NCBI GenBank assembly: GCA_002841685.1
Contig: PHAM01000002.1
Span: 1 to 56,535, forward strand
Direction: 5' to 3'
DNA from: Elusimicrobia bacterium HGW-Elusimicrobia-2
GTDB taxonomy: Bacteria; CG03
Length of the DNA: 56,535 nt
Within the stretch, counting starts at the first letter, position 1, and every line of letters begins with the position of its first letter. The notes beneath the pieces were generated by a model, which made no database searches, had not been told where the DNA came from, and was given only the letters and a program-made list of their open reading frames with translations. Shown here one piece after another: positions 16,785-25,332 of the stretch. The position numbers and the translations under genes were made by a program.

Positions 16785-19268
16785 ATGAATAAAAGTGTAA
16801 AAATGCGTTTTGCCTGTCTGACAGTAGGCGCGGCGTTTTTCATTTTTCATTTTGCTTGTTCCATGCTTCACGCCTACTCCGGTATTCCGTCGTCAGTGAG
16901 TATAAAAGGCGTTTATATAAGCGGTAAAACACCGTCTCATTTGAAGGAAGGCGATGTGGGCTTCTGGGAAGGCGTCGTTTCTTCAATGACCTGGCAGTCA
17001 ACGGGCACTTGCTGGGGAAAGCCGGTGAGTCTGATACCGGGAAACACATACTATTACAAGTATGCGCTTGAATACGGCACCGGCTCTGTGACGACGCGGA
17101 TATGGGAACAAACTAACTTCTGGCATTCGGTTTATGTCGGTTATGAGAATAATGTTTATCTTGACGGCAACTTCACAAAATCAATTCCGGCCTCTTCGGT
17201 TATGGATAACTGGGCGGGGGCTCCCTTCCCCCCGCAGGATCCTGTTGTGGAAGTTGACGACAGCCGCGTAAAAGTTAAATGGACGGTTCCGCATTTCGGA
17301 GGCTTCGGCCTGCTTGACAATAAGGGTTATCTCATTTATCTTTCGACCGACAATATAAACTGGAAAAATTACAACGACACTTCTACGCTGATATCGCCGG
17401 ATGCCGCGCAGGTTGAGATAGAGTCACTAAAAAACAACGCGACTTATTATCTGAGATTAAGATCTGTAGATAAGTACGATTACGCGGATATTGACATAAA
17501 TTCAGAACTCTATCCCGCCTCGTCCGCTGTCCGTACTTTCCGCTGGAATTATTCTCAAACCGTTAAGTTCAGGCCGAATAAGAGGATAAAATGCAGGTTT
17601 GCGCTGACGTATCCGGGACGGAATGAGATTTCCCTGTCGTTGAACGGGGAAAATTACGCCCTTAAAAAGGAAGGGGAATACTACACCTCATGGGTGACGC
17701 TTACGGAAATGGAGACATACAGTTATTCGTACCAAAGTCCGAGCGCGGAAGATCCCTCCGGCGCAAGGCCGGTAAAAATCATTGATATAGACGGCGACGG
17801 AAAGTTCTATGTTTTTGATACATGGGGAGTGAACACGGCGGATTCTCTGCCGGAGGCGATAATCGGCTGGAAAATTGTCGCAAGCACCGGTGATATTAAT
17901 TTTTCATGGAAGAAAAACCCCGAATACGACGATAATGTGACGGTTTACAAGAGCACCGACGGGCTGAATTGGAGTGTTGTTATTTCTACGGGCGGTTCGG
18001 GCTTTTTGTGGAACGTTTCGCTTGCGGGGAAGAAATATTATTTCGCGATAGGTTCTTTTTTACTTCAGTCCGCGCCGCAGGAAGTGGATACATCAACGGC
18101 TTCCGTCGTGAAAATACCGGAGGCGCTTTTTGTAAGCGGAATAGTGGATCAGAAATTTACAGCCGAGCCTTATTCCGATAAGGTAAAAATAACATGCAGC
18201 GCTCCGTTTAAGAATAATGACTCGTTTACCGGTATATACTGGGTTTTAAAATCGACGTATAATCGGAATATCGTTCAGGGGTCGGAGATTGACTGGGAGA
18301 AATATGAATTTGTTGCGAAAAGGAGAGGTTTTTCGCCGGCTGAGGCGCTGAAGTTTTATTCAAAAATTTCGGATATCCCTCTTCAAACATTTTATCTGTG
18401 GAATATGAATATTTTCGGCAATGGCGAAGTTTATTGTTCCAACCCTGATGTATTTGTCACGCCGCAGGAAGTGGATAAAAAAGGAGGTTATTATTGCAAG
18501 ACAGCCAGTATCTTTTTTCCGAAAACGTCGCTTCCCGCGAAAAAGGCATTTTTGACAATATATGACAGAGAAGAGCTCGCCGCGGCAAATAAGTTTAAAG
18601 AACTTTCGGCGAAGATAGAAGCGGCAAATACGCAAGCGGGGCAGATTTCATATCAGCAGGAAATGGCCACTTCTACGATATTTATGTTCAATCTCAGGAA
18701 AATGGACGGTACCTTGCTGGAAGAGGAATTCAGAAGGCCCGTTGAAATAACTCTGCCTTATCCCGCCGGAGCAGACACGGAGAACATCGCCGCTTTTTAT
18801 CTTGACGAGGAATATAATTTTTGGAAGAAGGTACAAATAGGACCGCATTTTGAAAAACCGGAGATAAACAGTTCCAGCGCTACGATTACTTTCAGGACAA
18901 TGCATTTTTCGGTTTTTGCGCTTATGACGGTTGCGGGAGAACCGGATCTTTCAAACGCTGTAATTTATCCCAATCCTTTTAAGCCTTTTGATAAAAAGTT
19001 TGAGACCGGGGCGGTTTACAGCGAGGGGAATAAGTACTCTGGAATTCATTTTACAAAGTTGACTTCAAATACGAAAATAAGGATATTTACTATTGACGGA
19101 GTGCCGGTGAGAGGCGGTTTGCAATCTTCTAACGACGGCAATTGTGTGTGGGATGCCAAAAATGACGATGGAAGAGATGTGTCTTCGGGGCTTTATCTTA
19201 TTCTTGCCGAGGATCCGAACGCGCTTGGCGAAAAGAAATTTATAGGCAAGGCGGCAATAATCCGATGA
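16785..19268 (+). CDS. Secreted multidomain protein (CBM-like + FN3-like modules) with FlgD-Ig/T9SS-CTD-like C-terminal domain
   Basis: GGGAGG RBS before ATG 16785 (track start GTG 16767). Signal peptide MNKSVKMRFACLTVGAAFFIFHFACSMLHA. FN3-like VKVKWTVP...ATYYLRLRSVD. C-terminal YPNPFKP...IRIFTIDGVPV...WDAKNDDGRDVSSGLYLIL. Confidence 0.75.
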   Translation: MNKSVKMRFACLTVGAAFFIFHFACSMLHAYSGIPSSVSIKGVYISGKTPSHLKEGDVGFWEGVVSSMTWQSTGTCWGKPVSLIPGNTYYYKYALEYGTGSVTTRIWEQTNFWHSVYVGYENNVYLDGNFTKSIPASSVMDNWAGAPFPPQDPVVEVDDSRVKVKWTVPHFGGFGLLDNKGYLIYLSTDNINWKNYNDTSTLISPDAAQVEIESLKNNATYYLRLRSVDKYDYADIDINSELYPASSAVRTFRWNYSQTVKFRPNKRIKCRFALTYPGRNEISLSLNGENYALKKEGEYYTSWVTLTEMETYSYSYQSPSAEDPSGARPVKIIDIDGDGKFYVFDTWGVNTADSLPEAIIGWKIVASTGDINFSWKKNPEYDDNVTVYKSTDGLNWSVVISTGGSGFLWNVSLAGKKYYFAIGSFLLQSAPQEVDTSTASVVKIPEALFVSGIVDQKFTAEPYSDKVKITCSAPFKNNDSFTGIYWVLKSTYNRNIVQGSEIDWEKYEFVAKRRGFSPAEALKFYSKISDIPLQTFYLWNMNIFGNGEVYCSNPDVFVTPQEVDKKGGYYCKTASIFFPKTSLPAKKAFLTIYDREELAAANKFKELSAKIEAANTQAGQISYQQEMATSTIFMFNLRKMDGTLLEEEFRRPVEITLPYPAGADTENIAAFYLDEEYNFWKKVQIGPHFEKPEINSSSATITFRTMHFSVFALMTVAGEPDLSNAVIYPNPFKPFDKKFETGAVYSEGNKYSGIHFTKLTSNTKIRIFTIDGVPVRGGLQSSNDGNCVWDAKNDDGRDVSSGLYLILAEDPNALGEKKFIGKAAIIR

Positions 19269-20257
19269 AAAAGAAAATAGGGACGGAGGTAATTAAATTG
19301 CCAAGAATTCCAATCTTTAGAATTAAATTGAGGTCGTTCACGGAAACAATTTCTTGGATAATTGGCATTTTTATATTTTTAATTACCTCCGTCCCTATTT
19401 TTGGAGCCGGAGAGACGGCGCTTAATTTTTTGAGGATAGGAACTTCCGCTCGCGGCGCCGCGCTTGCCGATTCTCTCGCCGCTGATTATTCTGATTCTTC
19501 GGCGGTGGAATATAATCCCGCCACTCTTTTGACTCTCGAAGGCCGGGAGATTCAGCTGATGCATATAAACCTTTATGCCGATATAGATTATGAATCGCTT
19601 ATTTATGTTGAGCAGTTTGATAAATTTAATCTTGCGCTTTCACTGAACTATCTTCATACAAACGCTCTCCGCACGGTGATAGATACTTCTGATCCATACG
19701 GTTATAAAAATATTGGTAAATTCGTTTTTCAGGATAGATGTTTTGCCGCTACATTTACCCCCCGAAAAGGGATATGGGGAGGGCGGGTGAAATATATAGA
19801 GGAACGAATAGAGGATGAGAAAGCAGGCACTCCCGCTGCCGATTTCGGATTTTTAGTTCCGGGTAAATTATCTTACGGGGCGGCGCTATGCAATATGGGA
19901 CCCGAAATCAAATTTATAGATGTTAAAGAAAAATTACCTCAGACACTGCAGATGGCTGTGAAGCTTAATTTAAAATACATATCCCTTTATTCGGCAGGGA
20001 ATTTTTATATTGACAGAAAAACTTCAGGTGCTTGCGCTATGGAGGCGAATATTATAAATGTTGTATTTCTGCGGGCGGGATATAAGTATATACCAGAGGA
20101 TAACGGGGAATTCCCCGGATTTACATTCGGTATCGGAATTAAGATAAGGGAAATAGGTTTTGATTATGCGTTTATTCCCTTCGGGGAATTCGGCGATACT
20201 CAAAGATTTTCGCTACAGGTGAAATGGGGAAAAAGAAAAGGGGACGGAGGTAATTAA
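19265..20257 (+). CDS. PorV/PorQ-like outer-membrane beta-barrel protein (putative)
   Basis: ATG overlaps the stop of the upstream gene (ATGA). An alternative in-frame TTG at 19298 lies 8 nt after GGAGG. The N-terminus is encoded by the mobile element (…WIIGIFIFLITSVPIFGAG). The mature part starts ETALNFLRIGTSARGAALADSLAADYSDSSAVEYNPATL, which resembles the PorV-family N-terminal motif. It is beta-strand rich and ends ...RFSLQVKW plus 9 element-encoded residues. Confidence 0.55.
   Translation: MKKKIGTEVIKLPRIPIFRIKLRSFTETISWIIGIFIFLITSVPIFGAGETALNFLRIGTSARGAALADSLAADYSDSSAVEYNPATLLTLEGREIQLMHINLYADIDYESLIYVEQFDKFNLALSLNYLHTNALRTVIDTSDPYGYKNIGKFVFQDRCFAATFTPRKGIWGGRVKYIEERIEDEKAGTPAADFGFLVPGKLSYGAALCNMGPEIKFIDVKEKLPQTLQMAVKLNLKYISLYSAGNFYIDRKTSGACAMEANIINVVFLRAGYKYIPEDNGEFPGFTFGIGIKIREIGFDYAFIPFGEFGDTQRFSLQVKWGKRKGDGGN
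19274..19401 (+). mobile_element. 128-bp REPIN/MITE-like derivative of the RAYT element
   Basis: Left arm aaaatagggacggaggtaattaa (19274-19296) is the exact reverse complement of right arm ttaattacctccgtccctatttt (19379-19401). The spacer starts attgccaagaattcc (the first codons of the transposase gene, with ATG changed to TTG) and ends ttggataattgg. It lies inside the 5' end of ORF 19265. Confidence 0.85.
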
Positions 20258-20385
20258 ATTGCCAAAAATTCCAAGAATTATAGAAAAATGGAAGCATGGG
20301 GTTTTGAAGTGAAGCGTTTATTTTCTTTAAAAAATCATTGGATAATTAGTATTCTTGTATTTTTAATTACCTCCGTCCCTATTTT
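20236..20385 (+). mobile_element. 150-bp REPIN/MITE-like derivative of the RAYT element
   Basis: Left arm aaaaggggacggaggtaattaa (20236-20257) supplies the last codons and the TAA stop of ORF 19265..20257. Right arm ttaattacctccgtccctatttt (20363-20385) lies in the 5' end of ORF 20288. The spacer has diverged. Confidence 0.8.
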
Positions 20386-23300
20386 TGGAGCAGGCTGGTA
20401 TTCTTCGCTGATTTTAAAATCGGGAGAGAATATCACGAGTTGTATATCCGGCTTCTCCGGAGTGAGCGTTATTTACGCCGGAGGCGTCTATGGAAGCATT
20501 TACAAAATAGATACATCTTCGGATTCGCCAGTTATGACATATATAACGGGGCTCGGTTCCGAAATTACTGATATGATTTACGAGGACGGTATTATATACG
20601 CCGTTAATAATAAATTGTGGCAAATTGATGCAGAGAGCGGTTTTTCCGTGGTGATAGCTACCAATAACTGCTCATATCAAGCAATTATTGTCTGCGGAGA
20701 TCAATTTTATCTCTCGGACGAATACGGCGTTTTGCGGGAATATAATTCAAGTACCGGAGAAATGACCGAAATCGGTTCTTCGGCTCTTGGTATGACGGAT
20801 ATAGCATATTATAGCGGCGCTGTATTTGCCGTCAGCAGAGACAAATGCCTGTACAGATTTTATAAGAATGCTGGTCAATGGTTACGGGAAAAAATATATA
20901 ATGCCGGAACAAAACTTTATACAATTACTGTTTCTTCTTTTTCCGGCGAGAGCAGGCTTTATATCGGCGGCGCTGATTCGTATCTAAGGGAAATTTATTA
21001 CAAAAACGGCTGGAAAATATTTCCCGTTGATTACACCTCGGGAGGAGTGAACGGTATAGTGACAGCGGATATTACGGGGAGTGATAATATCTATCTTTAT
21101 ACCGACGGAGGAAGCTGGTGGGAATTCTCAAATTCAACTTCCGGATATGTGAAGAAAAATATACTGAATTACGGAGCAGGAATAAATACGGCTTTGTCGG
21201 CGGGGGCGACCCTTTATTTTTTTACCTCGGATAGTTATATGAGTGCGCTGTATTATTCGTCTGTCGCGCTTTCAGGCAAAGGATACAAGCATCAGCCCTC
21301 GGGCAGTCTTGAAATCGGCGGAGCGCCGTTCCCTTACAGAAATCCTGTTTTCCCGCGGAAGGACGAAAAAACAAGTTTTTATTTCACGGATTCGGCAAAA
21401 TCGCTTTCACTTTCGCCCGTGCTTTACTGGAAGCAGAAGAGCTCTTCGTCCTGGCAGACATCGTCATTTGTCTATAAAGAAACGGGCAGCTCTTATTCCG
21501 TTTATTTTACAAGTTGGACTTTTAATTATTCCACGGGGACTGTTATTGATTATTTTATTGCCGCCGGAGGTTATTATATTTTCCGCTCCGGCGAAGATAA
21601 GCTGTCCAATAACTCAAATTATACTTTCGGCATTTCTTCGGCCGCCGCCGCCGCGAAACCGTTTACTTTTATGGTCGCGGGCTTAGGAAATTGTTTTCAT
21701 TATCCCGAAACATCTTTCGGCAATACGGCTTCAATGAGGGGGCCGCGGAATCCTCTGTCCGGGGATGAAATCACTTTTTTCGTAGGCAATCAGGCGTCAG
21801 GTTCGGGGAATTACGGAAATATGAACGGTGGGCAGTTCCATTATCGCGAAAACGGTGTATGGAAAACTTCGCCCATAAACTGGAGTGAAGATATAGGAGA
21901 TTATAAATACTGGAAAACAGTATTAACGTCGACGGGGATGACATCATATTATTTTTCGGTAACTTATGATGATCATAACACTACCTATGTTTATGGTGAT
22001 GACAGTGTTTCCGTGGCGTGCGGCAGTGAGGATGAGGCAAAGGCTTCTCCTTTTACGCTGAATTTTTCCACTGTCGCGTTTAATATAAACCTAACGCCGG
22101 CGGCCACGACTCCTCAGAATTTGCTGATTTATGAAGCCGGCACGTTTATTAAAGCTTATGAAAGCGCCGTAAGTTCTTTCGCAAGCGTGTCGCTTTACAG
22201 CGGCAATTTTGAACTGATTATAAAAGACGGCAATTATCAGACGATTTATGACACTGTTTCATTTTCTTCGGTTTCAAAAACTTATAACCTTTTATATTCG
22301 TCGACGCCGCATTCATTTACGCTCGATGGAAACTGCGAAGGGAATTTTAGCGCGAACGAACTGATAGGGGTTGATTCGCAAAGTGATTCTTCCTGGGGAG
22401 CAAAAAACGATATTTATAATTTGTGGGCCACATTTGATAAGGATAATTTATATCTGGGGCTCAAGGGAGTGCTTGAAAATAATTCCGTTGTTATTTATCT
22501 TGATTGCGGAGATTACCTTGGATCTATAGACGACGCTTCCGCTCTGCCGTGGGCGCAGTCCCGGAATCATAAATTTCCTGACGGTTTCCGGCCGGATTTT
22601 CAGTTTACGTTTTGGGATTTTACAGGGGGGTTTTTTTACAGAATAACTTCCTCAACGACTCTGGATGATGTTACATCGCAGGTTTCTCAGGCGGTTAAAG
22701 GAGGCGGCAGCGGCGAGACGGGTTCCCTTGAAATTAAAATACCTTTTTCTGTAATATACAACGGAATAACGGCATTCGGAATACCCGCCGGCGCGAAATT
22801 AGGCGTTGCCGCCGCTGTGTGCGGAGGAGACGGCACTTCGGCTAAAGACATTATTCCCGATCAGTCCGCGCCTTGCGGCGATACCTTTGACGAATTTTCT
22901 TTTGATAAATGGTTTGTTCTGCCGCTTGATGAAGATATCGACGGCGTTCCTGATACAGGCAGGTATATTGCAGATATAGCGTATTCAACATCCTCCGCGG
23001 CGGCTTCACAGATGGCCGTATCTTCGGGAGAGATAAGCTATAGTAATTTCAACGCGCCGGAATATTTTTACAAAGAGCGTGATATGCCTCTGTCGGTTTA
23101 CAGCGTTGATGCCGACAGCGCCGTTTTGAAATGGAAAAATGCCGCCGAAAGCGTTTATGCTACTTTATATCCGGCGCTTAATGCGTCAACGTTTACATTC
23201 GCGGTGTCTGCGGATTATGTGTTCGGCAGTATTGATTATTATTTTGTCCTCTATAAGGGAACGGAGTCTCTGAATACCGGTGTTTACAACATAGATGTTA

Positions 23301-23968
23301 TGCCTGAAATTGTTTTAACCCCGGGAAGCAGAGAATATTCAACCGGTAAATCTAAAATTATTTTTAAGGAGCCGCTTGAAGACAGCGCAAAACTATTTTT
23401 CCTTGAGCCGGAATCATTAATTACGGATAATATTCTTCCTATTAATCCCGAAATCAATATTTCTACGGATGGTATGCGCTTGCCCGCGGAACTTTATGAA
23501 ATAGAAGGGAATATTCCGCCCGCGTCACTGACTTTGTCTTACTTTGATGATGCGGATGAAGATAAATACGCCGTTTATTTTTATGACGGAAGTAATTGGA
23601 TTTACAAAAACTCGTCGCGTGATATATCCGCCAATACTGTAACTTTTAGCGTAAATCAACACGGGAAAGCCGGTATATTTAAAATAACATCAGCGTCTCT
23701 CGTTTCGGGGAAAAATATTTCGTCCATCAGCAAACCTGTTTTTAATCCCGGTCTCGGAGAGAAGATAGAATTCAATTTCATTCAAACCCCTGCGGTAATT
23801 AAAATTGAGATATTTGATATGAACGGGAGAAAAATAAAGGAGTTGTCGGGGGAATCAAGTTGGGACGGCAGGGATCGGAACAATAACACTGTTCCGGCAG
23901 GAGCATATCTTTATCATCTGGAAACAGATTCCGATGATTTTTGGGGCACCTTAGGCGTATGGAAATAA
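20288..23968 (+). CDS. Large secreted protein: beta-propeller-like N-terminal region, beta-sandwich modules, CBM9-like module, FlgD-Ig/T9SS-CTD-like tail
   Basis: The element-encoded hydrophobic N-terminus is HWIISILVFLITSVPIFGAG. About 6-7 blade-like repeats of ~45 aa follow (IYKID, LWQID, LREYN, LYRFY, LREIYY). CBM9-like module: LDGNCEGNF...NLWATFDKDNLYLGLKG...VVIYLDCGD...SLEIKIPFS. C-terminal tail: FNPGLGEKIEFNF...IKIEIFDMNGRKIKEL...WDGRDRNNNTVPAGAYLYHL. Confidence 0.7.
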   Translation: MEAWGFEVKRLFSLKNHWIISILVFLITSVPIFGAGWYSSLILKSGENITSCISGFSGVSVIYAGGVYGSIYKIDTSSDSPVMTYITGLGSEITDMIYEDGIIYAVNNKLWQIDAESGFSVVIATNNCSYQAIIVCGDQFYLSDEYGVLREYNSSTGEMTEIGSSALGMTDIAYYSGAVFAVSRDKCLYRFYKNAGQWLREKIYNAGTKLYTITVSSFSGESRLYIGGADSYLREIYYKNGWKIFPVDYTSGGVNGIVTADITGSDNIYLYTDGGSWWEFSNSTSGYVKKNILNYGAGINTALSAGATLYFFTSDSYMSALYYSSVALSGKGYKHQPSGSLEIGGAPFPYRNPVFPRKDEKTSFYFTDSAKSLSLSPVLYWKQKSSSSWQTSSFVYKETGSSYSVYFTSWTFNYSTGTVIDYFIAAGGYYIFRSGEDKLSNNSNYTFGISSAAAAAKPFTFMVAGLGNCFHYPETSFGNTASMRGPRNPLSGDEITFFVGNQASGSGNYGNMNGGQFHYRENGVWKTSPINWSEDIGDYKYWKTVLTSTGMTSYYFSVTYDDHNTTYVYGDDSVSVACGSEDEAKASPFTLNFSTVAFNINLTPAATTPQNLLIYEAGTFIKAYESAVSSFASVSLYSGNFELIIKDGNYQTIYDTVSFSSVSKTYNLLYSSTPHSFTLDGNCEGNFSANELIGVDSQSDSSWGAKNDIYNLWATFDKDNLYLGLKGVLENNSVVIYLDCGDYLGSIDDASALPWAQSRNHKFPDGFRPDFQFTFWDFTGGFFYRITSSTTLDDVTSQVSQAVKGGGSGETGSLEIKIPFSVIYNGITAFGIPAGAKLGVAAAVCGGDGTSAKDIIPDQSAPCGDTFDEFSFDKWFVLPLDEDIDGVPDTGRYIADIAYSTSSAAASQMAVSSGEISYSNFNAPEYFYKERDMPLSVYSVDADSAVLKWKNAAESVYATLYPALNASTFTFAVSADYVFGSIDYYFVLYKGTESLNTGVYNIDVMPEIVLTPGSREYSTGKSKIIFKEPLEDSAKLFFLEPESLITDNILPINPEINISTDGMRLPAELYEIEGNIPPASLTLSYFDDADEDKYAVYFYDGSNWIYKNSSRDISANTVTFSVNQHGKAGIFKITSASLVSGKNISSISKPVFNPGLGEKIEFNFIQTPAVIKIEIFDMNGRKIKELSGESSWDGRDRNNNTVPAGAYLYHLETDSDDFWGTLGVWK

Positions 23969-23973
23969 ACAAA

Positions 23974-24101
23974 AAAATGGGGACGGAGGTAATTAATTTG
24001 CCAAGAATTCTAATTTTTAGAATTAAATCAAGGCTGTTTGCGGGAGCAATTCCTTGGATAATTGGTTTTTTTATATTTTTAATTACCTCCGTCCCCATTT
24101 T
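23974..24101 (+). mobile_element. 128-bp REPIN/MITE-like derivative of the RAYT element
   Basis: Left arm aaaatggggacggaggtaattaa (23974-23996) is the exact reverse complement of right arm ttaattacctccgtccccatttt (24079-24101). The spacer is colinear with the copy at 19274. Confidence 0.85.
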
Positions 24102-25332
24102 TGCATATTATAGTTTTGTGGATTTGAAGACAAAAAGTTTGGCCGGGTCACTTGTCTCCTCCGCCTATTCCAATCCCGCTTTGATATGCGGAGAGAAGTC
24201 GCCGTCGCTGTATGCGGAATACAGCGATTTATTTTACGGTTTAAATAAACTTGATAATCCTGTCCAGGGATATTATCCTCCCGATGCGGATAAGATGGTG
24301 CTCGCGGCGATTTTTCCGTATAAAAACTATGGTATGGGAGTGAGCCGTAATTTATTGACCACGCCCATACACAAAGAATCAAAAACTTCTTTTCTGCTGG
24401 CAAGGAATCTCAATGACTTGATAATTAGAAGATTTGAGGAAAGTATAGATGTCGCCGCTTCGTTTAACATCTGCTCTTTAGAGTTTTCTCATTTCCCGTA
24501 TGAAAATTATTCCAACTCCGCCACAACATTTTCCTGGGATTTTTTTATCAGTGCCAAATTCACCGACGGTTTTGAATATGGAATGGCTTTTAAAAACCTC
24601 GGCAATACGGATATAGGTTTTAAGGAAAAAGAGCCTTTGCCCCGCGAATTTAATTTTTCGCTGGCTAAAAAAATTTCAAATATCAAACTGATTTTTTCTT
24701 ATATGGATTGTCAGCAAATACCGGATTACGGGTTTGCGGCCGAATATAATATAAAAGGATTGAATATCATGACGGGAATAAATTCAAACTATTTTTCCGC
24801 GGCCGCTCAGTTCCTTCTAAAAGAGCGCATAGAATTTTCATTTGGGGTTTCCGTGCCTTTTGTCGGAGACATAGCTTTTCAGCCCGATATAGCGGTTAAA
24901 TATTATTTCAGTACAGCCGTCGCGCAGGTTGATAAATTAGGTGAAATGAAAATTTATTATAACAGGGCTTATGAAGCCTATGTCGATAAGCGTTTTGAAG
25001 AAGCGATCCAAAATTGGGAACAAGTGCTTAAACTGAATCCGGAGCATATTCTCGCCAAGAAAAATATTGTTAAAGCCCGGGCAGATTCAAAGAAATATTA
25101 TTTTAATTTAGCCACTTACGAATATAAAATGGGCAATTACGAAAAAGCCATAGATTTTTGGCAGAAAGTTCTTGCTATAGATCCTTCTCATGATTTATCA
25201 AAGCAGAAGATAGAGAAGGCGAGAAAGCGCCTTGAATCCGGAGAGAAACTTTTACCGGCGGTTCCGCGGGATTATGAAAAATTAAAGGAAGAGGGCGGCG
25301 ATAAAGCTCCGCGCGTTGAAAATGAGCGTTAA
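23977..25332 (+). CDS. Putative outer-membrane barrel protein with C-terminal TPR repeats
   Basis: The track start 23941 overlaps the upstream gene. ATG 23977 (or in-frame TTG 23998, 8 nt after GGAGG) lies inside the element. N-terminus MGTEVINLPRILIFRIKSRLFAGAIPWIIGFFIFLITSVPIFA. The segment SLAGSLVSSAYSNPALI resembles the N-terminal motif of the neighbouring barrels. Two TPR units are present (YYNRAYEAYVDKRFEEAIQNWEQVLKLNPEH; ATYEYKMGNYEKAIDFWQKVLAIDPSH). Confidence 0.55.
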   Translation: MGTEVINLPRILIFRIKSRLFAGAIPWIIGFFIFLITSVPIFAYYSFVDLKTKSLAGSLVSSAYSNPALICGEKSPSLYAEYSDLFYGLNKLDNPVQGYYPPDADKMVLAAIFPYKNYGMGVSRNLLTTPIHKESKTSFLLARNLNDLIIRRFEESIDVAASFNICSLEFSHFPYENYSNSATTFSWDFFISAKFTDGFEYGMAFKNLGNTDIGFKEKEPLPREFNFSLAKKISNIKLIFSYMDCQQIPDYGFAAEYNIKGLNIMTGINSNYFSAAAQFLLKERIEFSFGVSVPFVGDIAFQPDIAVKYYFSTAVAQVDKLGEMKIYYNRAYEAYVDKRFEEAIQNWEQVLKLNPEHILAKKNIVKARADSKKYYFNLATYEYKMGNYEKAIDFWQKVLAIDPSHDLSKQKIEKARKRLESGEKLLPAVPRDYEKLKEEGGDKAPRVENER

